DNA of 32,000 nt from Kineococcus radiotolerans SRS30216 = ATCC BAA-149 (GTDB lineage: Bacteria > Actinomycetota > Actinomycetes > Actinomycetales > Kineococcaceae): positions 2,070,001 through 2,102,000 of the forward strand of contig NC_009664.2 in NCBI RefSeq assembly GCF_000017305.1. Reading direction: 5' to 3'. A model generated the notes under the pieces. It saw only the letters and a list, made by a program, of their open reading frames with translations. It did not search any database and was not told the DNA's origin. The translations under genes were made by a program, and so were the position numbers. This document shows, piece by piece, positions 7,516-16,649 of the stretch (position 1 is the stretch's first letter; each line of letters starts with the position of its first letter).

Positions 7516-8448
7516 ATGCCGTCGCGCCGCACGCCCCTCGCCCTCGCCGCCGCCCTCACCGCCTCCCTGGCCCTGGCCGCCTGCGGCGGCGGCGAGAGCA
7601 CCCCCGCGTCCTCGGCGTCCTCCGCGTCCGCCTCCGACGACGGCCTCAGCGTCGTGACCTCCACCAACGTCTACGGCTCCGTCGTGGAAGCCGTCGCCGG
7701 CGACGCCGCGACGGTCACCTCGATCATCGACGACCCCAGCGCCGACCCGCACAGCTACGAGGCCAGTACCCGCACCCAGCTGGAGCTGTCGAAGGCGGAC
7801 GTCGTCGTCGAGAACGGCGGCGGCTACGACGACTTCGTCGACACCATGCTCGACGCGGCCGGCTCGGGGGCCGTCGTGCTGAACGCCGTCGAGCTCTCCG
7901 GGAAGACCGCCGCCGCGGGCGAGGAGCTCAACGAGCACGTCTGGTACGACGTCGAGACCGTCCGCAAGGTCGCGCAGGCCGTCGAGGAGGAGCTCGCGAA
8001 GGCCTCCCCCGACGACGCCGCCACCTTCGAGGCCAACCTGGCGACCTTCGAGGCGGGCCTGGACACCCTCCAGCAGAAGATCACCGCGGACGCCGCGACG
8101 ACCCAGGGCCAGCCGGTCGCGATCACCGAGCCCGTCCCCGGCTACCTGCTCGAGGCCCTGGGCACCGTGAACGCGACGCCGGAGGAGTTCTCCGAGGCCA
8201 TCGAGGAGGAGACCGACGTCCCCGTCGACGCCCTCCAGGAGACACTGGCCCTGTTCACGCAGAAGCAGGTGCGCGCCCTGGTCCACAACGAGCAGACCAC
8301 CGGCCCGCAGACCGAGCAGGTCCTGCAGGCTGCGCAGGACAACGGCATCGCGGTGGTGCCGGTGACCGAGACGCTCCCCGACGGCGAGGACTACACGACG
8401 TGGATGACCGGGAACGTGGACGCGATCGCGGCGGCGCTGGCCCGGTGA
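7516..8448 (+). CDS. znuA: Metal (Zn/Mn) ABC transporter substrate-binding lipoprotein, ZnuA/TroA cluster A-I family
   Basis: 310 aa. Lipoprotein signal with lipobox LAAC (..SLALAAC-GGG). DPHSYE and NEHVWYD metal-ligand blocks. No His-rich loop, and the third ligand position reads ITEP (Glu), so zinc versus manganese specificity is not settled. Confidence 0.8.
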   Translation: MPSRRTPLALAAALTASLALAACGGGESTPASSASSASASDDGLSVVTSTNVYGSVVEAVAGDAATVTSIIDDPSADPHSYEASTRTQLELSKADVVVENGGGYDDFVDTMLDAAGSGAVVLNAVELSGKTAAAGEELNEHVWYDVETVRKVAQAVEEELAKASPDDAATFEANLATFEAGLDTLQQKITADAATTQGQPVAITEPVPGYLLEALGTVNATPEEFSEAIEEETDVPVDALQETLALFTQKQVRALVHNEQTTGPQTEQVLQAAQDNGIAVVPVTETLPDGEDYTTWMTGNVDAIAAALAR

Positions 8449-9263
8449 CGCCCGGGGTGAGGCCCGCGCTGCGGCTGGCGGGCGCCTCGCTGGCCTACGG
8501 CAACCGCACGCTGTGGTCCGGCCTGGACCTGGAGATCGCCCCCGGGGAGTTCGTCGCCGTCCTCGGCGCCAACGGCGCCGGCAAGTCCAGCCTGCTCAAG
8601 GTCGTCCTCGGCCAGCAGCGCCTCGCCGCCGGCACCGTCGAGGTCGCCGGCCGTCCCGTGCGCCGCGGCGACCGCCGCATCGGCTACGTCCCCCAGCAGA
8701 AGGGCCTGGAGCCCACGACCCCGCTGCGGGCCCGCGACTTCGTGCGCCTCGGCCTCGACGGCCACCGCTGGGGCCCGCTGCTGCCCTCCCGCCGGGCCAG
8801 GGCGCAGGTCGACCGGGTCCTCGACGCCGTCGGCGCGCTCGACTACGCCGACGCCCCCGTCGGCCGCCTCTCCGGCGGCGAGCAGCAGCGGCTGCGGGTC
8901 GCGCAGAGCATCGTCGGCGACCCGGCCCTGCTGCTGGCCGACGAGCCCCTGCTGTCGCTGGACCTCCACCACGCGAGCGCCGTCAGCGCCCTCGTGGACG
9001 AGTGCCGCACCCGCACCGGCGCGGCCGTCCTCTTCGTCACCCACGACGTCAACCCCGTCCTGCCCTACGCCGACCGGGTGCTCTACCTGGCCAACGGCCG
9101 CTTCCGCGTCGGCCCCCCCGAGCAGGTCATGACCTCCGCCACGCTGTCGGACCTGTACGGCTCCCCCGTCGAGGTGCTGCGCTCCAACGGGCGCCTGCTC
9201 GTCGCCGGTGGCGCCGCCCCCAGCGAGCACCCGCACGCCCACGAGCACGAGGAAGCGTCGTGA
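8445..9263 (+). CDS. znuC: Metal ABC transporter ATP-binding protein
   Basis: 272 aa from GTG 8445, which overlaps the znuA stop (GTGA). Walker A GANGAGKSS, signature LSGGEQQR, Walker B LLLADEP. The track ORF start at 8400 lies inside znuA. Confidence 0.88.
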   Translation: MTPGVRPALRLAGASLAYGNRTLWSGLDLEIAPGEFVAVLGANGAGKSSLLKVVLGQQRLAAGTVEVAGRPVRRGDRRIGYVPQQKGLEPTTPLRARDFVRLGLDGHRWGPLLPSRRARAQVDRVLDAVGALDYADAPVGRLSGGEQQRLRVAQSIVGDPALLLADEPLLSLDLHHASAVSALVDECRTRTGAAVLFVTHDVNPVLPYADRVLYLANGRFRVGPPEQVMTSATLSDLYGSPVEVLRSNGRLLVAGGAAPSEHPHAHEHEEAS

Positions 9264-10153
9264 ACACCGCCACGAACATCGCCTGGGAGAAGGTCGTCGA
9301 CTTCTCCGACTACGGGGAGCTCCTGGCCCTGGTGCACAACTCCCTCTGGGCCGGGGCCCTGCTCGGCCTCGTCGGCGGGCTCATCGGGATGTTCATCGTC
9401 GCCCGCGACCTCCCCTTCGCCGTGCACGGGATCGCCGAGCTCAGCTTCGCCGGCGGGGCCGGCGCCCTGCTGCTCGGGGCGAACGTCGTCGTCGGCTCGC
9501 TGGTGGGCTCCGTCCTCGCCGCCGTGCTGTTCGGCGTCCTCGGCGCCCGGGCCCGCGAGCACAACTCCGCCATCGGGGTCCTCATGCCGTTCGGCCTCGG
9601 CCTCGGGGTGCTGTTCCTGGCCCTCTACGAGGGCCGGGCCGCGAACAGGTTCGGGCTGCTCACCGGGCAGATCGTCGCCGTCGACGACCCGCAGCTGGTG
9701 TCGCTGGCCGTCCTGGCCGCCGTCGTCGTCGTCGCGCTCGCGGTGCTGTGGCGCCCGCTGCTGTTCGCCAGCCTGGACCCCGACGTCGCCGCCGCGCGCG
9801 GGGTCCCGGTGCGGGCCCTGTCGCCGGCCTTCATGCTCGTGCTCGGCCTGGCGGTGGCCATGAGCGTCCAGGTCGTCGGGGCCCTGCTGGTGCTGGCCCT
9901 GCTGGTGACCCCCGCCGCCGCGGCGATGCGGGTGAGCGCCTCGCCGTTCGCGGTGCCGGTGCTCTCGGTCGCCTTCGCCGTCACGGCGATGGTCGGCGGG
10001 CTGCTGCTGGCCGTGGGCTCGTCGGTCCCCATCAGCCCGTACGTGACGACGGTGTCCTTCGCCATCTACCTGGTGTGCCGGCTGGTGGCGCGGGTGCGGC
10101 GCCCCGCCGACCGGCCCGGCCCCGCCCGGCCCGCGGTCGCCGGCGTCGCCTGA
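9260..10153 (+). CDS. znuB: Metal ABC transporter permease (ABC-3 family)
   Basis: 297 aa from GTG 9260, which overlaps the znuC stop (GTGA). 8-9 hydrophobic helices and a ZnuB/TroC-like sequence (LLTGQIVAVD, LLVTPAAAA). The part of the track ORF upstream of 9260 is R/P-rich and out of context. Confidence 0.88.
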   Translation: MNTATNIAWEKVVDFSDYGELLALVHNSLWAGALLGLVGGLIGMFIVARDLPFAVHGIAELSFAGGAGALLLGANVVVGSLVGSVLAAVLFGVLGARAREHNSAIGVLMPFGLGLGVLFLALYEGRAANRFGLLTGQIVAVDDPQLVSLAVLAAVVVVALAVLWRPLLFASLDPDVAAARGVPVRALSPAFMLVLGLAVAMSVQVVGALLVLALLVTPAAAAMRVSASPFAVPVLSVAFAVTAMVGGLLLAVGSSVPISPYVTTVSFAIYLVCRLVARVRRPADRPGPARPAVAGVA

Positions 10154-10154
10154 G

Positions 10155-10376
10155 TCAGACCCGGCGGCGGCCGGCGAAGGCCACCGCCACCGCCACGGAG
10201 GCCGCCGCGAACGCGGCGACCCAGGGCAGGAACCCGTCGTCGAGCACGGCCACGCCCCAGAACGCGAGGGCCAGCAGGGTCCAGGTCAGGACCCGCCGGA
10301 CGGCGGGGCGCCTGGTGGTGCGGTTGCGCGGGGACACGCCCCAGGGTCCCAGGTGCCCCCGGCGGGTCACGACCAC
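10155..10376 (-). CDS. Small membrane protein, two predicted TM helices, unknown function
   Basis: 73 aa. Basic N-terminus, then VLTWTLLALAFWGVAVL and LPWVAAFAAASVAVAVAFAG. Nearly all third positions are G/C. No recognisable family. Start uncertain (GTG 10376 or 10370). Confidence 0.5.
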   Translation of the reverse strand: MVVTRRGHLGPWGVSPRNRTTRRPAVRRVLTWTLLALAFWGVAVLDDGFLPWVAAFAAASVAVAVAFAGRRRV

Positions 10377-10468
10377 CCCCGGCGCCGGGGCCCGGCCGGG
10401 CGCGGACGCCGCACCGCCGAACGGGCCCGACCGGTCAAGGCGGGGCCCGGACGGGCCGACGGTGGACC

Positions 10469-12763
10469 GTGATCGCTCCGGTGCCGCGCACCGCCCACCT
10501 CACCCGCGTCCTGGCCGGGGCCACCGCCCTGGGCTGCGCCGGGGTGCTCCTGGTGCCGGCCTGGCGCTCCGGCGCCGTCGTGGTGGCCTCGGTCCTCTCG
10601 GTGCTGCTCGTCGCGGTGGGGACCGCGGTGCACCGCCCGCGCGGGGCCGCGTGGCCGCTGCTGGGCCTCATGCTCGCCCTGTGGGGCGCCGGCGGCCTGC
10701 TCGTCCAGGACCGGGGGCACCTCGACGCCTGGTCGACGGGGCTGGTCTGGGCCGGGCAGGCGGTGGCCGCGGGCGTCGTCGCCCACGTGGGCCGCAGCGC
10801 CGCCCGCCGCTCGGAGCGCTCCGCCGGGGACCGGCTGGACCTCGTGGTCACCGCGACCGTCCTGGCCCTCGTCGCCGCCCAGCTCGTCGCGGTCGTCGTC
10901 GCCGGCCGCGGGGACGCCGGAGGGGTCGCGGTGGCCACCGTCGACGTCGTGCTCCTCGGCGTCCTCGTCCGGTTCACCCTGACCCGCCGCGGCCTGAGCA
11001 CCAGCTCCCGGCTGCTGCTCGTCGGCGCCCTGCTGACCATCGCCTACGACCTGACCTCCGCCCTGCACGGGCGGCGGCTGGCGCTGCCGGGCGAGCCCGC
11101 GCAGGTCCTGGGGGTGTCCTGCGTCCTCGTCCTGGGCCTGGCCGCGCTGCACCCGACGATGACGCGGGCCTTCGCCGCGGAGACGTTCGCGCGGGGCCGC
11201 CGGCCCTCCGGCGCCCTGCTGGGGATGCTGCCGCTGGTGCTCGTCCCCGCCGCGACCTGGGGGGTGGCCCGGGTCAGCGGCGTCCCCGGGCTGCCGGGGT
11301 GGACGGTGCCGGTGACCGGGGCGGTCGTGGCCGGGCTGTGCCTGCTGCGCGCCGCGGCCGCGCTGCGCTCCAGCGAGCACCTCGCCGAGCACGACCCCCT
11401 GACCGACCTCGCCAACCGCCGCGGCCTGGAACGGGCCTACGACGAGCGGGACCCCGGCGTCCCGCACAGCCTGCTGCTCATCGACCTCGACGAGTTCAAG
11501 CAGGTCAACGACACCCACGGGCACGACGTCGGCGACGCCCTGCTGCGGGAGGTCCGCGACCGCCTGACCGGGGCCGCCGCCCCCTCCGGGCTGGTGGCGC
11601 GCCTGGGCGGTGACGAGTTCGTCGTGCTCGTGCCGACCGCCGACGCCGAGGCCGTCGCCCAGCGGGTGCTGAACCACCTCGAGGCCCCCGTCGTGGTGGA
11701 CCACCTGGTGCTGCGGGTGGGGGCCAGCGTCGGCCTCGCCGACGACGAGTCCCCCGACGGCGGGCTCCTGCCGCTGGCCGGGCTCCTCACCCACGCCGAC
11801 GTCGCCATGTACGCCGCCAAGGGCGCCGGCGGGGGGCGGGTCGCGCCGTTCCACCCCGACCTGCGCTCGGCGGTGGCCCACCGGTACACCCTCGGCGGGG
11901 AGATCCGTCAGCTGCTGGCCGGGCGGGCACCGGAGGTGAGGCACCTGGAGATCCACTACCAGCCGCTGGTGGACCTGCGCTCGGGACGGGCGGTGGGGGC
12001 GGAGGCGCTCGTCCGCTGGCGGCACCCGCTGCGGGGCCTGCTCAGCCCGGGGGAGTTCCTGGAGCTCGTCAACGACAACGACCTGGACAGCACCCTGGAC
12101 ACCGTGGTCCTCGACGACGTGCTCGACCAGGTGGCCCGCTGGCGCGACCAGGGCCGCGCCGTCCTGCCCGTCAGCGTCAACCTCACCCCCGACAGCCTGC
12201 GCGAGGAGGACCTGGCGGCGCGGGTGCTGGCGTCGCTGGCCCGGGCCGGGGTCCCCGCCCCCCTGCTGCACCTGGAGATCACCGAGCACGAGCGCCTGCA
12301 CGAGGACGGGCCCGCCAGCCGCACCCTGGGGCTGCTGCACGAAGCGGGCGTCCACGTCCACCTCGACGACTACGGCGCCGGCTGGACGTCGCTGGACTAC
12401 CTGCGCCGCTTCCCCGTGCGCCTGCTCAAGCTGGACCGCTCCGTGGTCTCCACCGTCACCGGCGACGGCGCCCCGCTGGTGGCCGGAGTGCAGGCCATGG
12501 CCGCGGCCCTGGACCTCGACGTGCTCGCCGAGGGCGTCGAGACCCCCGGGCAGCGGGACCGGCTGCTGGAGCTGGGGATCCGCTACGGCCAGGGGTACCT
12601 GTTCTCCCGGCCGCTGCCGGCCGCCGAGTACGCGGAGGGCTTCCTCCCCCCGGCGGACGCGGACGGCGCGGCGGACCCGGCGGCGGACCCGGCGGGGGCC
12701 CCGCCCGCCGGGCGGCCCCGCGCCGCGGTGAGCGCGGCGCCGTCCGCCCCCGCGGCTGGGTAG
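10469..12763 (+). CDS. Membrane-anchored GGDEF-EAL protein (diguanylate cyclase / c-di-GMP phosphodiesterase)
   Basis: 764 aa. About 9 N-terminal TM helices of unassigned sensor type. GGDEF domain (DPLTDLANRRG, LLLIDLDEFKQVND, RLGGDEFVVL). EAL domain (EALVRWRHP, LEITEHE, LDDYGAGWTS, LKLDRS, AEGVET, GQGYLFSRP). Ala/Pro-rich tail. Confidence 0.93.
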   Translation: MIAPVPRTAHLTRVLAGATALGCAGVLLVPAWRSGAVVVASVLSVLLVAVGTAVHRPRGAAWPLLGLMLALWGAGGLLVQDRGHLDAWSTGLVWAGQAVAAGVVAHVGRSAARRSERSAGDRLDLVVTATVLALVAAQLVAVVVAGRGDAGGVAVATVDVVLLGVLVRFTLTRRGLSTSSRLLLVGALLTIAYDLTSALHGRRLALPGEPAQVLGVSCVLVLGLAALHPTMTRAFAAETFARGRRPSGALLGMLPLVLVPAATWGVARVSGVPGLPGWTVPVTGAVVAGLCLLRAAAALRSSEHLAEHDPLTDLANRRGLERAYDERDPGVPHSLLLIDLDEFKQVNDTHGHDVGDALLREVRDRLTGAAAPSGLVARLGGDEFVVLVPTADAEAVAQRVLNHLEAPVVVDHLVLRVGASVGLADDESPDGGLLPLAGLLTHADVAMYAAKGAGGGRVAPFHPDLRSAVAHRYTLGGEIRQLLAGRAPEVRHLEIHYQPLVDLRSGRAVGAEALVRWRHPLRGLLSPGEFLELVNDNDLDSTLDTVVLDDVLDQVARWRDQGRAVLPVSVNLTPDSLREEDLAARVLASLARAGVPAPLLHLEITEHERLHEDGPASRTLGLLHEAGVHVHLDDYGAGWTSLDYLRRFPVRLLKLDRSVVSTVTGDGAPLVAGVQAMAAALDLDVLAEGVETPGQRDRLLELGIRYGQGYLFSRPLPAAEYAEGFLPPADADGAADPAADPAGAPPAGRPRAAVSAAPSAPAAG

Positions 12764-12772
12764 CCTCGCGCC

Positions 12773-13405
12773 ATGCCGCACCTGTTGCACCTGGACTCCT
12801 CCGCCGACCTCGCGACGTCGCGCTCGCGGGCCGTCACCGCGGCCTTCGCCGACACCTGGAGGGCCCGGGGGGAGGAGTACACGGTCACCCACCGCGACCT
12901 GCACCGGGACCCGCTCCCCCACTTCGCCGACGCCGAGCAGCACTGGCCGGCCGCCGCGCGCCGCCCCGGCGCGAACCCGCCCGCGGAGCAGGACGCGCTC
13001 ACCGCGACCCTGCACGCCGAGGTCCTCGCCGCCGACGTCGTCCTCGTGGGGGCGCCGCTCTACAACTACACGGTGCCCTCGACGCTGAAGGTGTGGCTGG
13101 ACCACCTCCACATCCCCGGCGTCCTGGCCGGGGAGGGGTCGCAGCCGCTGGCCGGGCGTCCCGCCGTCGTGGTCAGCAGCCGCGGCGCGACGTACGACGC
13201 GGGCAGCCCCACCGAGGGCTGGGACCACGGGGTCCCGGTGCTGCGGATCGTCCTGGGCAACTCCCTGGGGATGGACGTCCACGTGGTGCAGACCAGCGCG
13301 ACGCTGGCCGACCGGCTGCCCGAGATGGCCGCGCTGAAGGAGCGCGGCGCGGCGGAGTTCCAGGCCGCGCTGGCCGCGGCGCGCGAGCTGGCGAGGACCC
13401 TCTAG
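12773..13405 (+). CDS. azoR: FMN-dependent NADH-azoreductase
   Basis: 210 aa. The flavodoxin-like N-terminus HLLHLDSS...SRS and overall layout match AzoR. TAGCCT (12761-12766, overlapping the upstream stop codon) fits a -10 hexamer 6 nt before the ATG, so a leaderless transcript is possible. Confidence 0.85.
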   Translation: MPHLLHLDSSADLATSRSRAVTAAFADTWRARGEEYTVTHRDLHRDPLPHFADAEQHWPAAARRPGANPPAEQDALTATLHAEVLAADVVLVGAPLYNYTVPSTLKVWLDHLHIPGVLAGEGSQPLAGRPAVVVSSRGATYDAGSPTEGWDHGVPVLRIVLGNSLGMDVHVVQTSATLADRLPEMAALKERGAAEFQAALAAARELARTL

Positions 13406-13411
13406 CCCTCC

Positions 13412-14413
13412 TCAGTCCAGCGGGCCGGTCCAGGGCCGGGGGGCGTGGCCGTCGAGCTGGCGGGCGAACTCCGTCACGATCCAGTCCATCAGCTCGCGCA
13501 GGTCCGCGGGGGAGGCCAGGACCGCGACGCCGATGGCGGCGCTGAGGCGCTCCAGCTCCACGTCCCCCTCGCGCCACCGCTCCAGCCGCTCCCGGTGGCC
13601 CGGCAGCACGGCGTAGACGAGGTCCGCGCTGTCCCGGCCGGCCGCGAGGGCCTGGAGGATCTGGACCTGGCCCGGTTTGAGGTGCCCCGCGTACTCGACG
13701 GCCAGCGCGTCGCCCACGGCGCCGGCGCGCGCGGCGGTGGCGGGGTCGGTGATGGCGTGGGTGAGGGTGAGCAGCCGGAGCTCGCGCAGCACCGCCTCGC
13801 GGTGCTCGCGCATCCGCACCCCGCGCCGCAGCGGGTAGCGCAGCAGCCGGATCCCCTCCGGCGCGGGGGCCGGGGGGTCGGGGGCCGGGTCGGGCACCGA
13901 GGACCACTCGCTGGCCAGCAGGGCGTCGATCTCCTCCTGCAGGGCCGCGTCGACCTCCACGCCCCCCGTGCCCGGCCCGGCCGCGGCCTCGTCCGCCGGG
14001 TCCGCGTCCGCGTCGCGCCCGGTCAGGGCCAGCTCGCACCAGACGGTCTTGCCGCGCCCGTCGGGGTGCACGTCGCCCCCGCGGGCGACGCTCAGCGCGG
14101 TGATCAGCCGGAGCCCGCGGCCGGTGGAGGCGGTCAGGCTGCGCGGCACCCACTGCGGGACCACCGGCGAGCCGTCGCTGACCTCCAGGCGCAGGACGGC
14201 GGGGGTGAGGCCGACGCGGACGACGAGGTCGGTGCCCGCGTGCAGCAGGGCGTTGGTGACGAGTTCGCTGAGGCAGACCTCGGCGTCGGCGGCGACGGCC
14301 TCGGGGACCCCCGCCCCGGCCGGGGAGCGTTCCAGGGTGCGCCGGAGGTGGCGGCGGGCCCGCCCCGCGCTGCCGGCCTCCGCCGGGAGTTCGACCCGCA
14401 CGTCCTCGTCCAC
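13412..14413 (-). CDS. RsbW/SpoIIAB-type serine kinase (HATPase_c_2) fused to an uncharacterised ~190-aa C-terminal domain
   Basis: 333 aa from GTG 14413, with GGAGGAG about 8 nt upstream. Kinase blocks ELVTNALLHA (N box), EVSDGS, TGRGLRLI. An acidic Pro/Ala linker follows, then a helical region (LLRYPLRRGVRMREHREAVLRELRLL...) that I cannot assign. The track ORF extension to 14770 was rejected. Confidence 0.85.
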   Translation of the reverse strand: MDEDVRVELPAEAGSAGRARRHLRRTLERSPAGAGVPEAVAADAEVCLSELVTNALLHAGTDLVVRVGLTPAVLRLEVSDGSPVVPQWVPRSLTASTGRGLRLITALSVARGGDVHPDGRGKTVWCELALTGRDADADPADEAAAGPGTGGVEVDAALQEEIDALLASEWSSVPDPAPDPPAPAPEGIRLLRYPLRRGVRMREHREAVLRELRLLTLTHAITDPATAARAGAVGDALAVEYAGHLKPGQVQILQALAAGRDSADLVYAVLPGHRERLERWREGDVELERLSAAIGVAVLASPADLRELMDWIVTEFARQLDGHAPRPWTGPLD

Positions 14414-14519
14414 CGCTCCGCTCCTCCCCGTCCCCGCGAAACTACCCTGCGTCAACACCGTGGATCGAGCAGCGACCCAGCGGCTCCCTCCCGGGGCGGT
14501 CGTGTGCTTCAGTGCTGGC

Positions 14520-16115
14520 ATGGGGGTCACGCCACGGCGGCCCGCGCGAGGCGGCGCGGGACGGGTCTCGCTGACGCGACGCCTGGCCGGGGCGAGCCTG
14601 CTGGCCCTGATCGTCCTGGTCTGCGGGGGCGCTCTCGTCGTCGTCACCGCCCAGCAGCTCGGGGACGCGCAGCGGCTGCTCGTCCGGGTGGCCGTGGCCC
14701 GGCAGGCGACCGCGGACCTCCTGACGCGGTACGTGGACCAGGAGACCAGCCTGCGCGGGTACGTCATCACCGGGGAGCCGGACCTCCTCTCGCCCTACCA
14801 GGTGGCCCAGCGGGAGCTGCCCGGCCGGACGGGGGAGGTGCGCGCGCACCTGCGGGCGGTCGGGGGGCCCGCGGAGCAGCTGGCCGACGTGGAGGCGGCG
14901 CACGCGGAGTGGGACGCCTACGCCCGGGAGCAGGTCGCGCTGGTCGGGAACGACGACCGCGCCGCGGCCGCCACGATCGGGGCGACCATGTACGGCAAGA
15001 ACCTCTTCGACGCCGTGCGCGACGAGGTGGAGCAGGTGGACGGCTGGCTCGTGCAGGAGCAGCAGCGCAGCCAGGACCGGACCGAGCAGCTGCAGACCCG
15101 CCTGGTCCTGGGCACCGCGGGCGGGCTGGCGGCGCTGGCGGCGCTGCTGGGCCTGAGCTGCCTGGTCATGGTGCGCCAGGTGACGCAGCCGCTGCGGCGC
15201 CTGGCCGTCTCGACCCGGGCGGTGGCCGACGGGGACCTGTCGGCGGACCTGCGGGCCGAGGGGGCGCTGGAGGTCCGGGACCTGGCCGGTGACGTGGGCG
15301 CGATGCGCGACCGCCTCCTGGCCGACCTGGACCGGACCCGGCAGGCCCTGGGGGCCCTCGACCAGGAGGACCGAGCCGTGCGGGCCGTGCGGGAGGCGCT
15401 GCTGCCCTCCCCCGCCCGGGTGGACGGGGTGCGGGTGACGGCCCGCCTCGACGCGGCCGAGGGCGTGCTCGCCGGGGACTGGTACGACACCGTCCAGGTC
15501 GGCCCGGGGCGCCTGGGCGTGGTCGTGGGCGACGTCGCGGGCCACGGCCCCTACAGCGCGGTCTTCGCGCTGCGCCTCAAGCACTCCCTCGCCACCGCCC
15601 TGCGCACCCACGGCAGCCCCGGCGCCGCGCTGACCGCCGTCAGCGCCGACCTGCAGGACGTCCCGGGCGAGCTGTTCGCCACCGCCTTCGTGGGCATCGT
15701 CGACGCCGGGGCCGGCACCCTCGTCCACGCCAACGCCGGTCACCCCCCGGCCCTGCTGCTGCCCGGCGGGGACGCCGCGCCGGGGGGCGGGGAGGTCCGC
15801 TTCGAGGAGCTGCCCCCCACCGGGCCGCTGCTGTCCTCGATCGTGGGGGGCGCGGTGTGGCGCGACACCGTGCACCCCTTCGCGGTGGGCGACAGCCTCC
15901 TGACCTTCACCGACGGGGTCCTGGAGAGCCGGTCGCCGGACGGCACCGAGTTCGGCCTGGACGGCCTGCTGCTCGCCGTGGGCCAGATCCCCGGCCGCGA
16001 CCCGGCCCGGGTCATCGACGCGGTGGCCGCGGCCGCCCTGCGCCACGCCGGGACCCCGGGGCGGCGCGACGACCACACGCTCGTCCACGTCCTGCGCGAG
16101 GACGCCCCGGGCTGA
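14520..16115 (+). CDS. CHASE3-HAMP-PP2C (SpoIIE-type) membrane-bound serine phosphatase
   Basis: 531 aa from ATG 14520 (in-frame GTG 14502 possible). TM helix, CHASE3-like block (QETSLRGYVITGEPDLLSPY), second TM, HAMP (PLRRLAVSTRAVADGDL). PP2C blocks GDWYD, VVVGDVAGHG, FTDGVLE, DDHTLV. The upstream 552 nt of the track ORF were rejected. Confidence 0.88.
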   Translation: MGVTPRRPARGGAGRVSLTRRLAGASLLALIVLVCGGALVVVTAQQLGDAQRLLVRVAVARQATADLLTRYVDQETSLRGYVITGEPDLLSPYQVAQRELPGRTGEVRAHLRAVGGPAEQLADVEAAHAEWDAYAREQVALVGNDDRAAAATIGATMYGKNLFDAVRDEVEQVDGWLVQEQQRSQDRTEQLQTRLVLGTAGGLAALAALLGLSCLVMVRQVTQPLRRLAVSTRAVADGDLSADLRAEGALEVRDLAGDVGAMRDRLLADLDRTRQALGALDQEDRAVRAVREALLPSPARVDGVRVTARLDAAEGVLAGDWYDTVQVGPGRLGVVVGDVAGHGPYSAVFALRLKHSLATALRTHGSPGAALTAVSADLQDVPGELFATAFVGIVDAGAGTLVHANAGHPPALLLPGGDAAPGGGEVRFEELPPTGPLLSSIVGGAVWRDTVHPFAVGDSLLTFTDGVLESRSPDGTEFGLDGLLLAVGQIPGRDPARVIDAVAAAALRHAGTPGRRDDHTLVHVLREDAPG

Positions 16116-16122
16116 CGGCGCG

Positions 16123-16141
16123 CCCGCCCGACCCGGGCGGG
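16123..16141. terminator. Short GC hairpin between convergent genes
   Basis: 8-bp stem CCCGCCCG / CGGGCGGG with a 3-nt loop, located between the stops at 16115 (+) and 16143 (-). Confidence 0.3.
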
Positions 16142-16142
16142 G

Positions 16143-16649
16143 TCAGCGGGCGGAGCCGAACCGCTCGGTGCGGATCCGCCCGGCCTCGTGCCCCAGCCGC
16201 AGCGGCGGGGGGTCGGGGACGACGGCGTGGGTGCGGACCACCGAGACCAGCGCGACGACGCCCGACCCGCCGCCGACGAGCTGCACGGGCCCCGGGGCGC
16301 CGGGGCGCCACACGAACCACCCGCCCAGCGGGCCGGTGACCTCCAGCACGTCCCCCGCCCGCACCTCGCCGGTGAGGAATGAGGAGACCTCGCCGTCGGG
16401 GAGGAGTTCCACCCCGATCTCGACCTCGGCGGGGCCGGGGCCGAGCGCGGCCGACGCGATGGAGTACGAGCGGACGGCCCGGTAGCCGTCGGGGGCGGTG
16501 AGTCGGACGTCGAGGTGCTGCCCGGCCAGGTGCCCGGGCCAGGAGGCGATCCCCAGCACCAGGGTCCGCGCGGTCGCGCTCTCCGGGCGCACCTCCAGGA
16601 CCCGCGCCGCGCGCCAGCCGTTCAGAGCGAGTACCGCTGCTCGCGCCAC
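16143..16649 (-). pseudogene. Ferredoxin/flavodoxin-reductase-like FAD-binding oxidoreductase, C-terminally truncated
   Basis: 168 aa from GTG 16649. FAD-binding part intact (HLDVRL, RSYSIAS, GEVSSFL, GPLG). The NAD(P) motif GGGSGVV is present, but the ORF ends about 30 aa later, so most of the nucleotide-binding subdomain is missing. It overlaps the upstream Moco gene end as an operon partner would. Confidence 0.55.

Noticed and set aside
10367-13282. 971-aa ORF on the minus strand, the longest in the track
   Set aside because: It is antisense to the GGDEF-EAL and azoR genes, which have unmistakable catalytic motifs. Its translation is a monotonous R/G/P/A/V/Q polymer with no domain-like blocks, the expected by-product of a stop-poor antisense frame in very high-GC DNA.
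13968-14770. Upstream extensions of both divergent signalling ORFs (13412..14770 and 13968..16115), which would overlap each other by 800 nt
   Set aside because: The extensions are S/R/P/T-rich and antisense to the partner gene's domains. Sensible starts exist at GTG 14413 (with GGAGGAG upstream) and ATG 14520, where the TM anchor begins.
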